From Octopus vulgaris (taxonomy: Eukaryota), in contig OX597820.1 in the NCBI GenBank assembly GCA_951406725.2, positions 112,530,001 to 112,594,000 on the forward strand: a DNA stretch of 64,000 bases, read 5' to 3'. Shown here piece after piece: positions 39,945 to 54,715 of this stretch. The first letter of the stretch is position 1, and every line of letters begins with the position of its first letter. The notes below the pieces were generated by a model that searched no databases, was not told the DNA's origin, and was given only the letters and a program-made list of their open reading frames with translations. The translations under genes and the position numbers were made by a program.

Positions 39945-40077
39945 TCAATGAGGGAGCCTTTCCGTTTCCTTGTTTGCTCCATGGCTGCTCCCCACTTGCC
40001 CTTTGCTGATGCACTGGCAAGTGATGGTGAAGCCTGCAAGGCAGGTGGCTGTAAGTCCTCAGGGACAGAATATGTGT
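39945..40077 (-). CDS. BMAL1: BMAL1/CYCLE-like exon with probable start codon (ATG 39982-39980) and RKRKGS nuclear localisation motif
   Basis: Acceptor ttctgtttatttttcAG and donor GTAAGT. Reads TYSVPEDLQPPALQASPSLASASAKGKWGAAMEQTRKRKGSLI(D). The ATG is in GCAGCCATGG Kozak context, RKRKGS matches the BMAL1 N-terminal NLS, and the phase-2 end fits the next exon. Confidence 0.88.
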
Positions 40078-40285
40078 CTGAAAAATAAACAGAAGAAAGG
40101 AAAACATCAGTTTAAATGGTAGATAAGATAGACTATAATACAAGGTATAATAGTAAAGGTGTGAATATACTTAGCCCTTTCTCCCTCTCATTATTGCTAA
40201 TGTTGTTATCATTATTACCAACATCCCTACCTTTAACAATCTGAAAAAAAATATCCTCCAGGTCATGAAGAGGTATGAGCCACTG

Positions 40286-40324
<39 letters not shown>

Positions 40325-40479
40325 CATATATATATAAGCAGTGGCAGTCACCATATCAGGTACCTCTGATGAGCACAGAGTTACATAACTGGATTGTTAC
40401 CTAACTCTCCATTGAATTCCTAGCTTAAAACCATTTGGTAAGATCAACCATAATGGATATATAATACTGTACACTTTGG

Positions 40480-40527
<48 letters not shown>

Positions 40528-42858
40528 TAAAAATGAAATGAAGCAGAGCAAATGATAAATTTTATTTTGGAGGATATGGCAATCTTATTTCAGCTAGATG
40601 AGATGAGGCAATGCATACAGAATAAAAGTGCTTTGAATTTGTGGATATCTGTAGAAAATTTGAACCCAAGACATATTCTTCCAAAATTGACAACAGTGAT
40701 TTAATAGCTTTTCTTTTTTCACTGTTGTTTTCCGTGTTTTAAAATACATTATATGAGGCAGTAAAACTTACAGACCATTATGTCCTTTGTCATTTCATTT
40801 TTAAGATCTTCCTATCATTTTTGATCTTTCCTCACAAGGTTTTCTCTCTTCTATTTCCCTCTTACTGTCATTCATCTTCTAACAGACCACATCATTTTCT
40901 TTTCCCATTTCTCTTTATCTAACATAAGTATAGGCATAGCTGAGTAGTAAGAAGTTTGCTTTGTAACCACATGGTTCTGGGTTCAGTCCCACTGCATGGC
41001 ACCTTGAGCAAGTGTCTTCTACTATAGCCTCGGGCTGACCAAAGCCTTGTGAGGGGATTTAGTTGATGGAAATATTTGGTTGATGGAAATATATATATGC
41101 ACACTTTATTAAAGCTGCAAAACCTTCACAGACTGTTACTCAGAGTTCCACATTCCTGTTTATAAGACAGTTGTAATCATATTGCCTGATGAATGGTAAT
41201 GGGAAACTTTGAGTAATAGTTTTTGAAGATTTTGCAACATTAATAAAAACATACTTCTCTACCTTTGGTATTTATGCACTAAGTTTTTCCACCTTGTTTT
41301 GCATTTATGTTCTTACTTGCTTTATAAATCCATCTTGGGACTGCCTATTTTGGATTTCTTAAACAAGGGATTTATTAACTGAAGGAACAAAATTCACCAA
41401 TTTATTAAAAAAAATATATGAATACACGCATAAAAACAGTATAAACAATGTCATTGAATGAAAAATTTGTTGAGTGTTGTTTGCTTTGCTGGACGCTTTG
41501 CTCACAACTCTGCATTGATTTTTTCTTTTAGAGTTCTAAAAAGATTCATGTCCCTGAAATCAAAACTTTCAAGGCCACTTTCTAATCAAGTGAGATAGTA
41601 TCTCATTTCAGCTGGTGTTCCAGAACTCTTTCATCAACATCAACATTGGAATCGTCATTTTCATTTCCTTTGGTTTCCTTCTCAGATTGCTGAATGTCAT
41701 GAATGATCTCATCTAGTTTTTCTTCTTCAGTGATGATTTCTGGAGCAACAACAGCACCATCATTGTAACCTTCAGCTTTGTTATGTTCAAACAATTGAAT
41801 CATTTCTGCCACAGACTTGTCCTGCCTCTCTCTTTTCATTTTGAACAACTTGTGTGTGTCTCACTCTCTGCACGAATGACGAGAATGACTTGTTTTTTCA
41901 GCCTTATATACTAACAGGTAGGCTCCAGCAGCCACAACTAACCAGCTGTCATGTGGTACACTCCATCATCAAATGAATGAGAAGGTCATATAATTTTGAC
42001 AAGAGGTGTCTTGGAGCCTACTTTTTCACTTGAATGACAGGGCTGTGTGATAGGTTCCAGCAGCCACCACCAGGTACTACATGTTCATTGATCTATTTTT
42101 GGATGATAGAGTGTACGATGTGACAGCTGGATGGCTGTGGTTACTGGAGCCTACAAGTCAGTATTTAAGTAGGATGTTTGTACCATAGAGCCAGGGTTAT
42201 CTCATATAAGTAACAAAAAGGTTAAATCATCCATTTTCTTTCTTCAGCTTCTGCACCTTCTACACTTCATTTTAAACATCAACAAGTCCCAGTTATCTTA
42301 TGTATACCCCATCTTGGAAGTTTCTAGAATCCTTTCAAACTCATTGCATGGACTGAGAACAATTGAAATAAAAAGTAGACAACGACGGCACTGCTCCTCA
42401 CGACCACCACTACAAAATATACTCCAACAATCACAAAAAAAAATGGAAATAGGCACAGAGTGGTTGTGTGATAAGAGGCTTGCTTCCCAACCACATGGTT
42501 CCAGGTTCAGTCCCACTGCGTGGCACCTTGGGCAAGTGTCTTCTAGTATAGCCTCAGGCCAACCAAAGCCTTGTGAGTGGATTTAGTAGACAGAAACTGA
42601 AAAATGTTCACTGTATATACCGATAGGATAAGTAATAGGCTTAAAAAAACAGGTCCTAGAGTTGATTTGTTTGGCTAAAACCCTTCAAGGTGGTGCCCCA
42701 GCATGGCTACAGTCAAATGACTGAAACAAGTAAAAGATAAAAGATAAGCAGTGTTTCACAGAGACTCATTCCAGTAGTAACAACAATGAAGAATGGACAG
42801 CACAGTGGTAAACATAGGGATCATGACATCATGACATACATAAATGCATGTGCATATA

Positions 42859-42896
<38 letters not shown>

Positions 42897-42909
42897 ATCA
42901 CATTCACCG

Positions 42910-42942
<33 letters not shown>

Positions 42943-43188
42943 CCATCTTCATCATCATCATCATTATCATCATCATCATCATCATTGCTTTAACATCCAG
43001 TTTTTCATGATTGCATGTTTATTGAGGTGGATTTTCTATGGCTGGATCTCCTTCCTCACCTGTTTACCAAACAGAGTAATAGTTCCCCATAAACAGTATT
43101 GGAAAGGAATGGTACTGCTTGTATGACAGTGAAACTCATTTCCAACTATCACACACTGTCAAAACAAGGAAATACAAAAATGCATATG

Positions 43189-43246
<58 letters not shown>

Positions 43247-43578
43247 CATATATATATATATCTCTTATGATAAAAGGCAGATTTTCTCTGCCTGTTCCCA
43301 TGTTCCTTTTTAATACAATTCTACAATATAGAATTTCTTCAATTAGAATTTACCTATGATTTTTCGAAGTAGATTCGATTCGGTCATGGCATATAAATTT
43401 CTTTCAATTTGACCCCCAATTAAGCAAAAATTTGAAAAACTCAATATTTTACGATTTCCCTCTCTCACTTCAAAGGCTTTACTCTGCCTATTACCACACT
43501 TTCTCTTTACACACATAGACATGCAAACATATACATATATGACAGTGTCAATTGTTGAAAGAAAATTGTAAGCTAAGA

Positions 43579-43645
<67 letters not shown>

Positions 43646-43792
43646 TGTGTGTGTGAGAGTCTGTGTGTGTGTGTAGGAAGTGAAGGATAAAAATATGGCA
43701 AGAAGTGGACAGATGTACATATATACATACATACATCCATACATACATAGATGTGTGTGTGTGTATGTATGTGTATTAATGTGTGTGTGTTA

Positions 43793-44178
43793 TCTCTCTC
43801 TATATAAAGCTGAAGTTGTCTGTGTGCACCAGGTTTGGTAGCCTTCAACTAACACTATCTCCTCCGAGACCCTGCGGCACAAGTTGACCAAAATTGAGAG
43901 TATGATAGAAGGGTTGCTCTTCCTTCCGTAGAAGATAAAATTCAAATCGGACCATGTTAACACCAAAAATTATTTACATCAAAAATGTGCTTTTTCTATG
44001 AAAATCCCTATTTTTTACGATTTTTTCACTGCTGTGTTGCCGCTTTTCGGTGTATTTCAACCAGAAAAATGTCCTCTTAAAGAGAATAACAAGCTACATA
44101 ATGCAAAATTTTTACTTTTCAAAAATTCCAATTCCAGCGGGTCGAAACAAACCCAAGCAACGCCGGGCGATACTGCTA

Positions 44179-44179
<1 letters not shown>
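43793..44179 (+). mobile_element. non-autonomous Helitron
   Basis: Begins A|TC(TCTCTC)TATATAAAGC. Ends with a GC-rich hairpin cccaagcaacgccggg shortly before CTAG|T. No TSD. Confidence 0.75.
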
Positions 44180-44227
<48 letters not shown>

Positions 44228-44465
44228 ATTTGTCAAGCAAGTGAAATCGTAGTCATGGGCAATGCCAGTGTTATGTAACTGGCACCCATACCAGTAGCGT
44301 TTAAAAAGCACCCACTACACTACAATGGTTGGCATTAGGAAGGGCATCCAGTAGTAGAAACTATGCCAAATCAGATTGGACCCTAGTGCAGCTCCCCAGC
44401 TTACCAGTTTTCAGTCAAACCGTCCAACCCATGCCAGCCTGGAAAACAGATATTAATAGAAATAG

Positions 44466-44504
<39 letters not shown>

Positions 44505-44745
44505 AACTTAATCAAAGGACATACTAAGTATGTCTACCTGCTAGAAATAACAGTCAAAACTCTTATTAAATCGCCAAAAATACACTGATGAAAACTACAG
44601 AAATCAAACATACTTAGTATGTCCTTTGATTAATTTTAATCCCTCGGCTATTTAATGCTATTTTTTGGCCTGCTATCGCCTGTGTCATCGATTCTGTTAT
44701 TATCATTTTTAAAATAGTTACATTAATAATAGAATTAATGACACC

Positions 44746-44817
<72 letters not shown>

Positions 44818-45898
44818 AACGTGGCCGTAGCCAGCACCGCATTGACTGGCCTCCGTGCTGGTGGCACGTAACAAACACCATCCGATTGTGGCTGTGCCAG
44901 CCTCGCCTGGCCTCCGTGTCAGTGGCACGTAAAAAGCACCATCCGAGCGTGGCTGTTCGCCAGCCTCATCTGGCACCTGTGTCGGTGGCACATAAAAAGC
45001 ACCCACTACACTCACGGAGTGGTTAGCATTAGGAAGGGCATCCAGCTGTAGAAACACCGCCAGATCTGACTGGCCTGGTGCAGCCTTCGGTCTTCCCAGA
45101 CCCCAGTTGAACCGTCTAACCCATGCTAGCATGGAAAGCGGACGTTAAACGATGATGATGATGATGATGATGATGATGATATATATATGTATATAATGAA
45201 TCAAATTTGAACCAATCCTATGACTGGCACCCGGCAGTTGCCAGTGCCACTGGACTGACTCCTGTGCAGGTGGCAAGTAAAGAAACACCGTTTCAACCCT
45301 GTGCTTGAGGAGACCTACTGAGTCAAGTACATCAACATCAAAAATCAATGGAATTTATAGTTGTGATCCCTGTGCCAGTGGCACATAAAAAGCACCATTC
45401 GAACGTGGCTGATGCTTCCGTGCCGGTGGCATGTAAAAAGCACCCACTACACTCATGGAGTGGTTGGCATTAGGAAGGGCATCCAACTGTAGAAACACTG
45501 CCAGAACAGACTGGAGCCTGGTGCAGCCTCCTGGCTTCCCAGACTCCAGTCGAACTGTCCAACCCATGCTAGCATGGAAAGCGGACGTTAAACGATGATG
45601 ATGATGATGATGATGAACTTCTTTCAATTTCTGTCTATCAAATCTCACAAGGTCTGGTCAGCCCAGGGCTAAAGTAGAATATGCTTGCCCAAAGTACCAC
45701 ACATTGGGATTGAACTCTGAACTGTGCAGTTGGAAAACAAAGCTCTTAAACATGCAGCCATGCTTATACACATGTATTTGTTTATGTATCTCATCAGTAG
45801 AGTTACTTATACAAAAAGATTCAATTCAACACAAAATGATGTCATAAGAGTCATCCTCAAAGCAACCGTCTGAAGTAATGGTAACTGCTACTTCTTAC

Positions 45899-46043
45899 AT
45901 TGCTGCGATAAAGTTCATCCATCCAATTTATCAAGAACCTGAACCAGAGAAGACTAAACATTGATCAGTTCTAACAGTTTTACCAGTTCCTTAAGTCCTC
46001 CTTCCCTCCCTCTCTTTCCTCCTCCTCCTCCTCTCTCTCTTTT
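45899..46043 (-). other. candidate 5' UTR exon of the BMAL1-like gene
   Basis: Pyrimidine-rich acceptor cttccattctatctattccAG, purine-rich body and strong donor GTAAGA. There is a stop in the BMAL1 frame. Confidence 0.4.
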
Positions 46044-46370
46044 CTGGAATAGATAGAATGGAAGTGTTTTATTGCTTTTTATAGTAATGTCTGATGTAGT
46101 AATGGAATACATTGGAGTTTGGCTTAACGTGACAGAGAAGTTAGATATAATAAATGCAGATAAAAAGGGAAAATATAATAAAATATAAATGCAATACAGA
46201 ATTAATGCCTCTTGTATGGAATTTGGTATGTGGAAACTGTACAGAAACCATTATGTGAGTATATACATATATATATACATACATATATATATATGTATAT
46301 GTATATATATAAAGTTACATATATATGTATATATGCATGTGTCTGTGTATATGTGTATATATATATATAC

Positions 46371-46456
<86 letters not shown>

Positions 46457-46478
46457 CACACACACCACACACACATAT

Positions 46479-46518
<40 letters not shown>

Positions 46519-46603
46519 CCCTGCTTCCTTTTCCTGAGCGCCTATTAATAATAATACTGTAATTGTTCCATTGTTGTTGTTTTTTTGTTTTCCCGTTTGG
46601 ATT

Positions 46604-46635
<32 letters not shown>

Positions 46636-48203
46636 CATGTATTCACATAATGGCTTATGTGCAGTTTTCATATACCAAATTCCATGTGACTTGGACAACC
46701 CAAAGCCTTTTGAGTGGATTTAATAGATGGAAACTGAAAGAAGCCCATTGTATAAGTATATCTCTATGTATGTTTGTCTTTGTGTTTATTCCCACATCAC
46801 TGCTTGATAACTAGTGTTGGTCTGTTTATGTACCCCTGTAACTTAGTGGTTCAGCAAAAGAGACCGATAGAATAAGTACCAGGCTTAAAAAAAAATGTGT
46901 TCTGGGGGTCAATTTGTTGGGCTAAATCCTTGAAGGTAGTGCCCCAGCATGGCTGCAGCCCATTGACTGACATAAGTAAAAGATAAAAGATATACATGCA
47001 AGCACACACACACACACACACACACACACATGCACACACACACATGTATGCACGTCTGTATGTATACATAGATACACACACATATATATCATCATCATCA
47101 TCATCATCGTCATTTAACATCCACTTTCCATGCTGGCATGGGTTGGACGGTTTGACTGGGGTCTGGGAAGCCAGGAGGCTGCACCAGGCTCCAATCTGAT
47201 CTGGCAGAGTTTCTCCAGTTGGATGCCCTTCCTAATGCCAACCACTCCGAGAGTGTAGTGGGTGCTTTTTACATGTCACCAACATGAGGGCCAGTCAAGT
47301 AGTACTGACATTGAACATGCTTGAATGGTGAGCCAGTCAGGTGGCACTGGCAATGATCATGCTTCAATGGTGCTTTTTACATGCCAGTGTTACAGGACCA
47401 GTCGAGCGGCACTGGCATCAACCAAGCTCGAATCATGCCAATCACGTGATACTGTCATCGGCCATGACAATGACTTCACTTAACTCAACAGGTCTTTTAG
47501 CGCATTTTATTGCCCAATGATTGAAGGGTACTCTTAGACAGGCTGGTTATGCTACACTGGCATAGGCCAAACTTAGAAGCACCAAGTGTGTTGGTATTCC
47601 ACAGAAAATAAAGGAATTCAGGATGGCTTTACGCACTGAAGAAAGTGGCCAGCAAGCCTCTACAGAGAATCAAACCCTATACCTCTCAAAATTCCTGCTG
47701 AACACTGTACCATTAAGCGAAGAAAGCCCTGACATATATGTTTGTGTATGTATTTGTGTATATGTATGTATGCATGCGTGTGTGTGTATATTAAAATTCT
47801 TCAAGACAGTGCCTTGAAAAAGTTAAAGATATATATATTACTAACGAATCCCAAGAAGAGTGAAATGCACCTAACATTCCTATGAGTCACTGCTACAATG
47901 GTGTTCATTCTGTTTCAATATATATTGTTTTTAACACAACCTGTTTATAAAAGGCTTTCTCCCAGACAAAAACCACAGAATCATGCCTCTCAACAGTGTA
48001 TATATGTTAAGTATGATATGCAGATGTCTGTTGTAATCTAATGCTGTTTCACTTGCATTCTCTGAAATTTTTGCAGCCCAGCAAGCACTCACAATAAATA
48101 TTAGTGGATGCACTATACACTGTTTCCTTTATATATAAGCACAAATGTATATGCATATATGTGTGTGTGTGTGCATTTGTGTGTGCCTGTATGTGTGTGT
48201 GTA

Positions 48204-48234
<31 letters not shown>

Positions 48235-49182
48235 CTGTGTTAGTGTCTCCATTTCTTGATATCACACAATAGTTGTAAATGAGTGCCACCATCATACAAG
48301 CAGTGTCCCTTGCTTCCAATGTTCCATGAGGGCACCTCCAACCAGGGGGGAAATATTAAATTGTTTGCAAACAGGTAAGGGTGGGCATTGGGAAGGACAT
48401 TCAGCTATAGAATATCTGTCTCAATGTATTCTTTCTGAGCCATGCAAGCATGGAAAAGCAGATGTTAAAATGATGATGATGATGATAATGAAACATTGAT
48501 TTGAAATAAGACAAAAGGCAACCCTTCCAGTTGTTACTGGTCATAATCACAAATAATGTTTCCCACGTGTGACCGTTTCCACTTTGAGGAAACTCATTCT
48601 GTAGACAACAAGAAATGGATGCCCAATACATACATTCTGGATAGGGGGGGAGGGAAAAGATGGAAAATTGAGGAAACAAATGACCTTGTTTAATAAAATT
48701 ACGACAGTTAAAGCTTTCTAAACTGGTCACGACAAAGAAGAATTATAAGAATGCAAAATCTATTTAGCATTCTCATTAATAGAATTATGAGAGGTTAGAG
48801 AGAGCAAAACAATTCAGTAGTTTTTTGTTTTTTTTGTGGCGGTGAAGGCCCCCCCCCCTGATATTTGTCAGTTTAGGAAGCATAGTTCTAAGACATAGAT
48901 GTCACAAGTTATTGCAGTTTCAGATTTTGTATGCTGGTCGTTAATGTGAAGTAGATATCATTTTTACCTTTGAACTTAATGTCAGTCTCTTTAGAAATAT
49001 TTTGAAAGAAGACAATCTCTAAGATTTATGGAAAAATCAACGATAAGTCAGAGGCTAGAATCTAGTTAGGATTCTATCAGAGAAAAATCTACAACAGTAA
49101 AATGGTTTGCAAAGCTTTGTGTTTGTAAAGTTTCTTTGTTTTGCATTCATACATAAATACATACATGCACATATGAGTGTGC

Positions 49183-49225
49183 GCACACACACACACACAC
49201 GCACACACACACACACACACACACA

Positions 49226-49276
<51 letters not shown>

Positions 49277-49434
49277 ACACACACACAGACACACAGACAC
49301 ACAGACACACACACACACACACACACAGACACACACACAGACACACAGACACACACACAGACAAACACACACACACACACACATACAGACACACACATAC
49401 GCACAGACACATACACACACACAGACACACACAT

Positions 49435-49470
<36 letters not shown>

Positions 49471-49576
49471 ACACACACACAGACACACGCACACACACAG
49501 ACACACACACACACAGACACACACACACACACAGACACATACACACACACAGACACACAGACACACACACAGACAA

Positions 49577-49608
<32 letters not shown>

Positions 49609-49620
49609 ACACATACGCAC
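49183..49620. repeat. long compound (CA)n/(CAGA) microsatellite
   Basis: About 440 bp of CA repeats. It is representative of many TA, CA, TATG, GATA, TTA and GAT tracts in the window. Confidence 0.97.
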
Positions 49621-50845
49621 ATGCCTGCACACCATGGACAGACAAAGTCTCAAACAAAACCCACACAAGCACATGCATATACAGACACACATACACCCAC
49701 AATTCTGCAATCATATACAAGCATAAAACCAGTCAATTTACATGTATTCATATAGAACTATAGAACTACATACATACATACATATATACATATATTATAT
49801 TACATTATTATATATAATATATACACAAAAATATATATATGTATAGAAATCTATTACACATAACCTTTCATGTATATTGCTCACACATACACAGGCGTCA
49901 AAATCAAATTTGATGACTGGCATCCGTGCTGGTGGAGTGTTGAGACCACCATCCGAGCGTGATCGTTGCCAGAGCAACAAACTGGCTTCCATGCCGGTGG
50001 CACGTAAAGAGCACCATTTGAGTGTGATCGTTACCAATGTCGCCCTACTGGCACTTGTGCCGGTGGCACGTGAAAAGACATTTGAGTGAGGTCGTTGCCA
50101 GTGTCGCTGGACTGGCTCCTGTGCAAGTGGCATGTAAAAAAACACCATTTGAGCGTGGCCATTGCCAGTACTGCCTGACTAGCCTCGTGCCAGTGGCATG
50201 TAAAAGTACCCACTACATTCTCGGAGTGGTTGGCATTAGGAAGGGCATCCAGCTGTATAAACTCTGCCAGATCAGATAGGAGCCTGGTGCAGCCATCAGG
50301 TTCACCAGTCCTCAGTCATACATACATATACACATACATACATACATACATACATACATACATACATACATACATACATACATACATACATACATGCATA
50401 TATATATATATGTATATTAGAAAGTTTTGAGATGATGTACAGGTATTTTATATTAGAAGAAATGAGGTACTCAGAAATTCGGATGGTTTTATATTTACAG
50501 ATATTTATTTGTATACTACATGTTTTTATACATCATATATCATATATCATATATTAGCGCTTTCGTCCATTCTAGTGGAGTTTTCAAATTGAACTAAGTT
50601 CTTTGGGAAAAATTTGACCATTTTTATAATGTTATTGAGTGTGTAGTGGCGGGGAGGAATATGAGATAGTACAAGAGGGTGATGAATGGGAAGAAAGGAG
50701 AGAGAGCATGTGTGTGTGTGTGTGTGTGTGTGTATCTGCAAGGAGTGTTAAAGAAAAAGAAGGAAAGGAAGAAAAGGGAGAGAAAGAAGAAAAAATTGTT
50801 TTGTTGGTCTCTTTTGTAGCTGGTCAGGATGTTTACTCCAAGCGG

Positions 50846-50911
<66 letters not shown>

Positions 50912-51579
50912 AAGCTTGTTGTATATATGTATACATATATATCTATGAGTGTGAGTTTATGTCTATGTTTGTTCCCCTTTACCACCACTTGGCAACCAGT
51001 GCTGGTGTGTTCACATTCCTGTAAGTTAGCAGTTTGACAAAAGAGACTGATAGAATAAGTACCAGATTTTAAAAAAATTAAGTACTGGGGGTTGATACAT
51101 TCAACTAAAAATTCTTCAAGGCAGAAGAAATAAAGATTTACATACATATATGCATATGTACATACATACATACATACATACATACATACATACATACATA
51201 CATACATACATACATACATACATACATACATACATACATACATACATACATACATACATACATACATACATACATACAAAAATACCCTGTTGTTGATATT
51301 GAAATTCAAATGAAAGAACCTTAGATCTAGGTTAGAAACTGGATCTTTCTCTATTGGTAAGAAATCTTGAAATAAAACTGAATAAGGACATACATACTTG
51401 TATAAATCATAGCAAATACGAGGAAAATAAGAGAGAGCGAGAGAGAGAGAGAAAGGGACTTGCTAGACAAAATGGGGAGAGAGGAAGACAAAAGTATAAC
51501 AGGCTGTTAGAAAAATAAATGAGAGGTAGATAGAAAAGCAGAAAAAGAAACACAGATAGATAGGTGAGTAGATAAACAA

Positions 51580-51648
<69 letters not shown>

Positions 51649-53099
51649 CAGATAGATAGATAGATAGGTAGATAAATAGACAGACAGACAGAAAGGAAAA
51701 CAGAAAGGAATAAAATCATTGATGTGTTTACATGTCATATAAACACATGGATGTTTGTGCACAAGCAAATGTCAAAGCGCCAAAGAACTAGTATCAAGTG
51801 GCTGTAGAAAAGTTATTCTAGCTAGATGCCAGCTACATTGCAAGATGTTTTACATACCCTCTCCACATCCATCTCCATCTTCCACCAAACCCAGTTGACA
51901 CTCAGTTTCTCATTTCATTACAGTACCATCCCAGCTGATACCACTGCTGTTGCATTGGATAAACACCAGTGAAGAGACCAGTCAGTGGTAGTGCGGTGGT
52001 GGCTGCAGTGGAATGGTGATGGTGGTGACTGATGTGGTAATGACGGTAGTACACATGATTTGACTCTTTAAAGCTACTGGTACACTTTAGTGGGTGCAAA
52101 TTCACTTGACCGTATCACTGGAAGATGCAAAAGTGGATAGCAACAGGGTTTTGTATTTAAAGCATCCTAATTGGCAGAAATATTGTTATTTCCAGCTGCA
52201 AACACAAAGTCATGTGGCTGCCCACTTCTGTGTTTTCCAGAAATCGCATCCACTGAAAACTGCTTGCAGATTCAAAGGGATGATCACCATTGTCGTCATC
52301 ATCACTGTTTAATCCCCGTTTTCCATGCTGGCATTATTCAATAGGAACTGACAAGCCAGAGGACTGCCCCGAGTTCCAACATTTACTTTGGCATGGTTTC
52401 TAGAACTGGATGCCTTTTCTAATTCCAACTACTTTATAGAGTGTACTGGATGCTTTTTTTTTTGTGGCAACAATACTATTGACACCAGCAAGAAAGAAAC
52501 CCACAACTGAATGGGATTGTAATATTGAGTGAGGTGGCTTTATGCCAGGTGTTGAGAAGTTAAAGTATAATAGAGGGACTTGAACAGGTGTCTTGCTGGA
52601 AAGGAAATACATGGCTACCCCAGCTGGAAAGAGAGAAAGAGATGGTGAGGGTGTACCCTTAAGGTAGAAGGTGAATATAAGAGAGATAATAGGGATAGGC
52701 TGTAGAGGTGGTAATTGAAATAGGGATGTTGGGTGTTATAGTATTGGTCATAGTACTGATGGAAGAGATAGGAGTTGTGATAGAACTATTTTGCTGTATT
52801 TAACCACAGAAAGGTGTTCTAGCCATGACCATCTCATTTAGACATGGCCACATTTTTGAATTCACTATCTCTACCACACACAGACATGCTTAGGAAATAA
52901 AAAAACAGCATAGTACCCACGACTTTTGGAAACATTTTTTCACTCTCATAATTTTCAAAACATGGAATAAATTCCCTGTGTCCATTGTTACCAGTCAGAA
53001 CAACTGCATCCTTAAAAAATTCCAAGCTTTTTAAATTTGCCAACACTACTCTTGATATCCTTCAGCATCCTTGTTTTTTATGACACTCTTACCGTTCAC

Positions 53100-53392
53100 T
53101 TTTCTGTCTTTTTGTTTTGTTTTTTTTTACTCTGCATCCTGTGCACATCCTACTTACTTTCATTGCCTCCTTTCTTTACTTGACTTATTTGTCTGCTCCT
53201 GTCCCTTTTTTTAATCTTTTCCAACAAGTTGTAGAGCCAGCTTCATTCCTCTCTAGCCTCTGGACGACCTCTGCTTTCAGAGTCCACGTCTCACTACTAC
53301 CTAGTATTGCTGTTTGTATATCTTCCTTTCACTTGGAGAGAGCGACCTTTGGTTGCCAACAAACATTCACTGATGACCATCATATGATGTTA
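53100..53392 (-). mobile_element. RTE-like LINE C-terminal fragment
   Basis: Degenerate translation LLATKGRSLQVKGR..TAILGSSETWTLKAEVVQRLERNEA, resembling the RTE LLYGSETW region. Confidence 0.6.
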
Positions 53393-53407
53393 AGGCGAGG
53401 AGACAGT

Positions 53408-53456
<49 letters not shown>

Positions 53457-54012
53457 TTGCAAACACACAAACGAGACAAGAGAGCTTCTATGTTGATGGT
53501 TTGACCTCCTTAGAAATAGCAACCAAATCTCCTTCATTTCACATCCTACCATCTTGAATAAATGAAACACACATTGGATACTCCTACTATTTTCTAAAAC
53601 AATGGGAGTAGCCATGGCTAGAATACCTTTAATCTTTGGCTAAATGCAACAAAAACATCTTTAAACACACTACAATAACAATTTTTATTTGCTTTTTAGA
53701 TTTTTGTCTTTTTCATTATATTCTCATGTTATTACTCCAAAAACTTTAAATATTTAACATTTTGTAGGTTTGGAATATTGGACCTCCTATGTTCATGATG
53801 TCCTCACAAATGAATCATTTAAATATAGCTCCATTCCATAAATATTTTCCTTTTGTGGCTGTGTGGTAAGAAGCTTGCTGCCCAACTATAGGGTTCTGGA
53901 TTAAGTCCCACTATGTGACACTTTGAGCAGGGATCTTCTAGTATAGCCTTCAGCCAGCCAGAGCCTTGTGAGTAGATTTAGTAGACAGAAACTGATAGAA
54001 GCCTGTCATATG

Positions 54013-54050
<38 letters not shown>

Positions 54051-54318
54051 TGCATGCATGTGTGTGTGTGTGTGTTTGTCTGTCCACCACCACCACCACC
54101 ATCACTTCATAACTGGTGTTGATGTGTTTATGCCCCTGTAACCTACCAGTTTGGCAAAAGAGACCGATAGAATATGTACCAGGTTTTTAAAAAGATTAAG
54201 TACTGGAATTGATTTATTTGACTATAAATTCTTCAAGGCAATGCTCTAGCATGGCTACAGTCTAATGACTAAAACAAGTAAAGAATATATAAAAAAAGAA
54301 AAATTTCATCAGTTTATA

Positions 54319-54715
54319 GGCGCAGGAGTGGCTGTGTGGTAAGTAGCTTGCTTCCCAACCACATGGTTCCGGGTTCAGTCCCACTGCATGGCATCTTGGG
54401 CAAGTGTCTTCTACTATAGCCTCGGGCTGACCAAAGCTTTGTGAGAGGATTTGGTAGACGGAAACTGAAAGAAGCCTGTCGTATATATGTATATATATAT
54501 ATGTGTGTGTGTGTGTTTGTGTCTGTGTTTGTCCCCCCAGCATCGCTTGATAACTGATGCTGGTGTGTTTACATCCCCGTAACTTAGCGGTTCGGCAAAA
54601 GAGACCGATAGAATAAGTACTAGGCTTACAAAGAATAAGTCCTGGGGTTGATGTGCTCAACTAAAGGCGGTGCTCCAGCATGGCCGCAGTCAAATGACTG
54701 AAACAAGTAAAAGAG
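54319..54715 (+). mobile_element. tRNA-derived SINE family A, most intact copy (others ~8668-9065+, 9815-10190-, 40933-41090+, 42451-42745+, 45615-45765-, 46690-46990+, 53856-54285+, 55720-55990-)
   Basis: Head ggcgcaggagtggctgtgtggtaag..ggttcagtccc with A/B-box-like motifs. The same body and tail (..aaatgactgaaacaagtaaaaga) are repeated many times in the window. Confidence 0.88.

Noticed and set aside
49055-49763. Long ORFs of VC/HT/YI repeats here and throughout the ORF track
   Set aside because: They are translations of CA, TA and TATG microsatellites with no coding signal.
51277-51390. Hammerhead-like remnant (aacct-tagatct-aggtt-a-GAAA-ctgga-TC)
   Set aside because: The 5' core (caaatga) and stem I are too degenerate to call.
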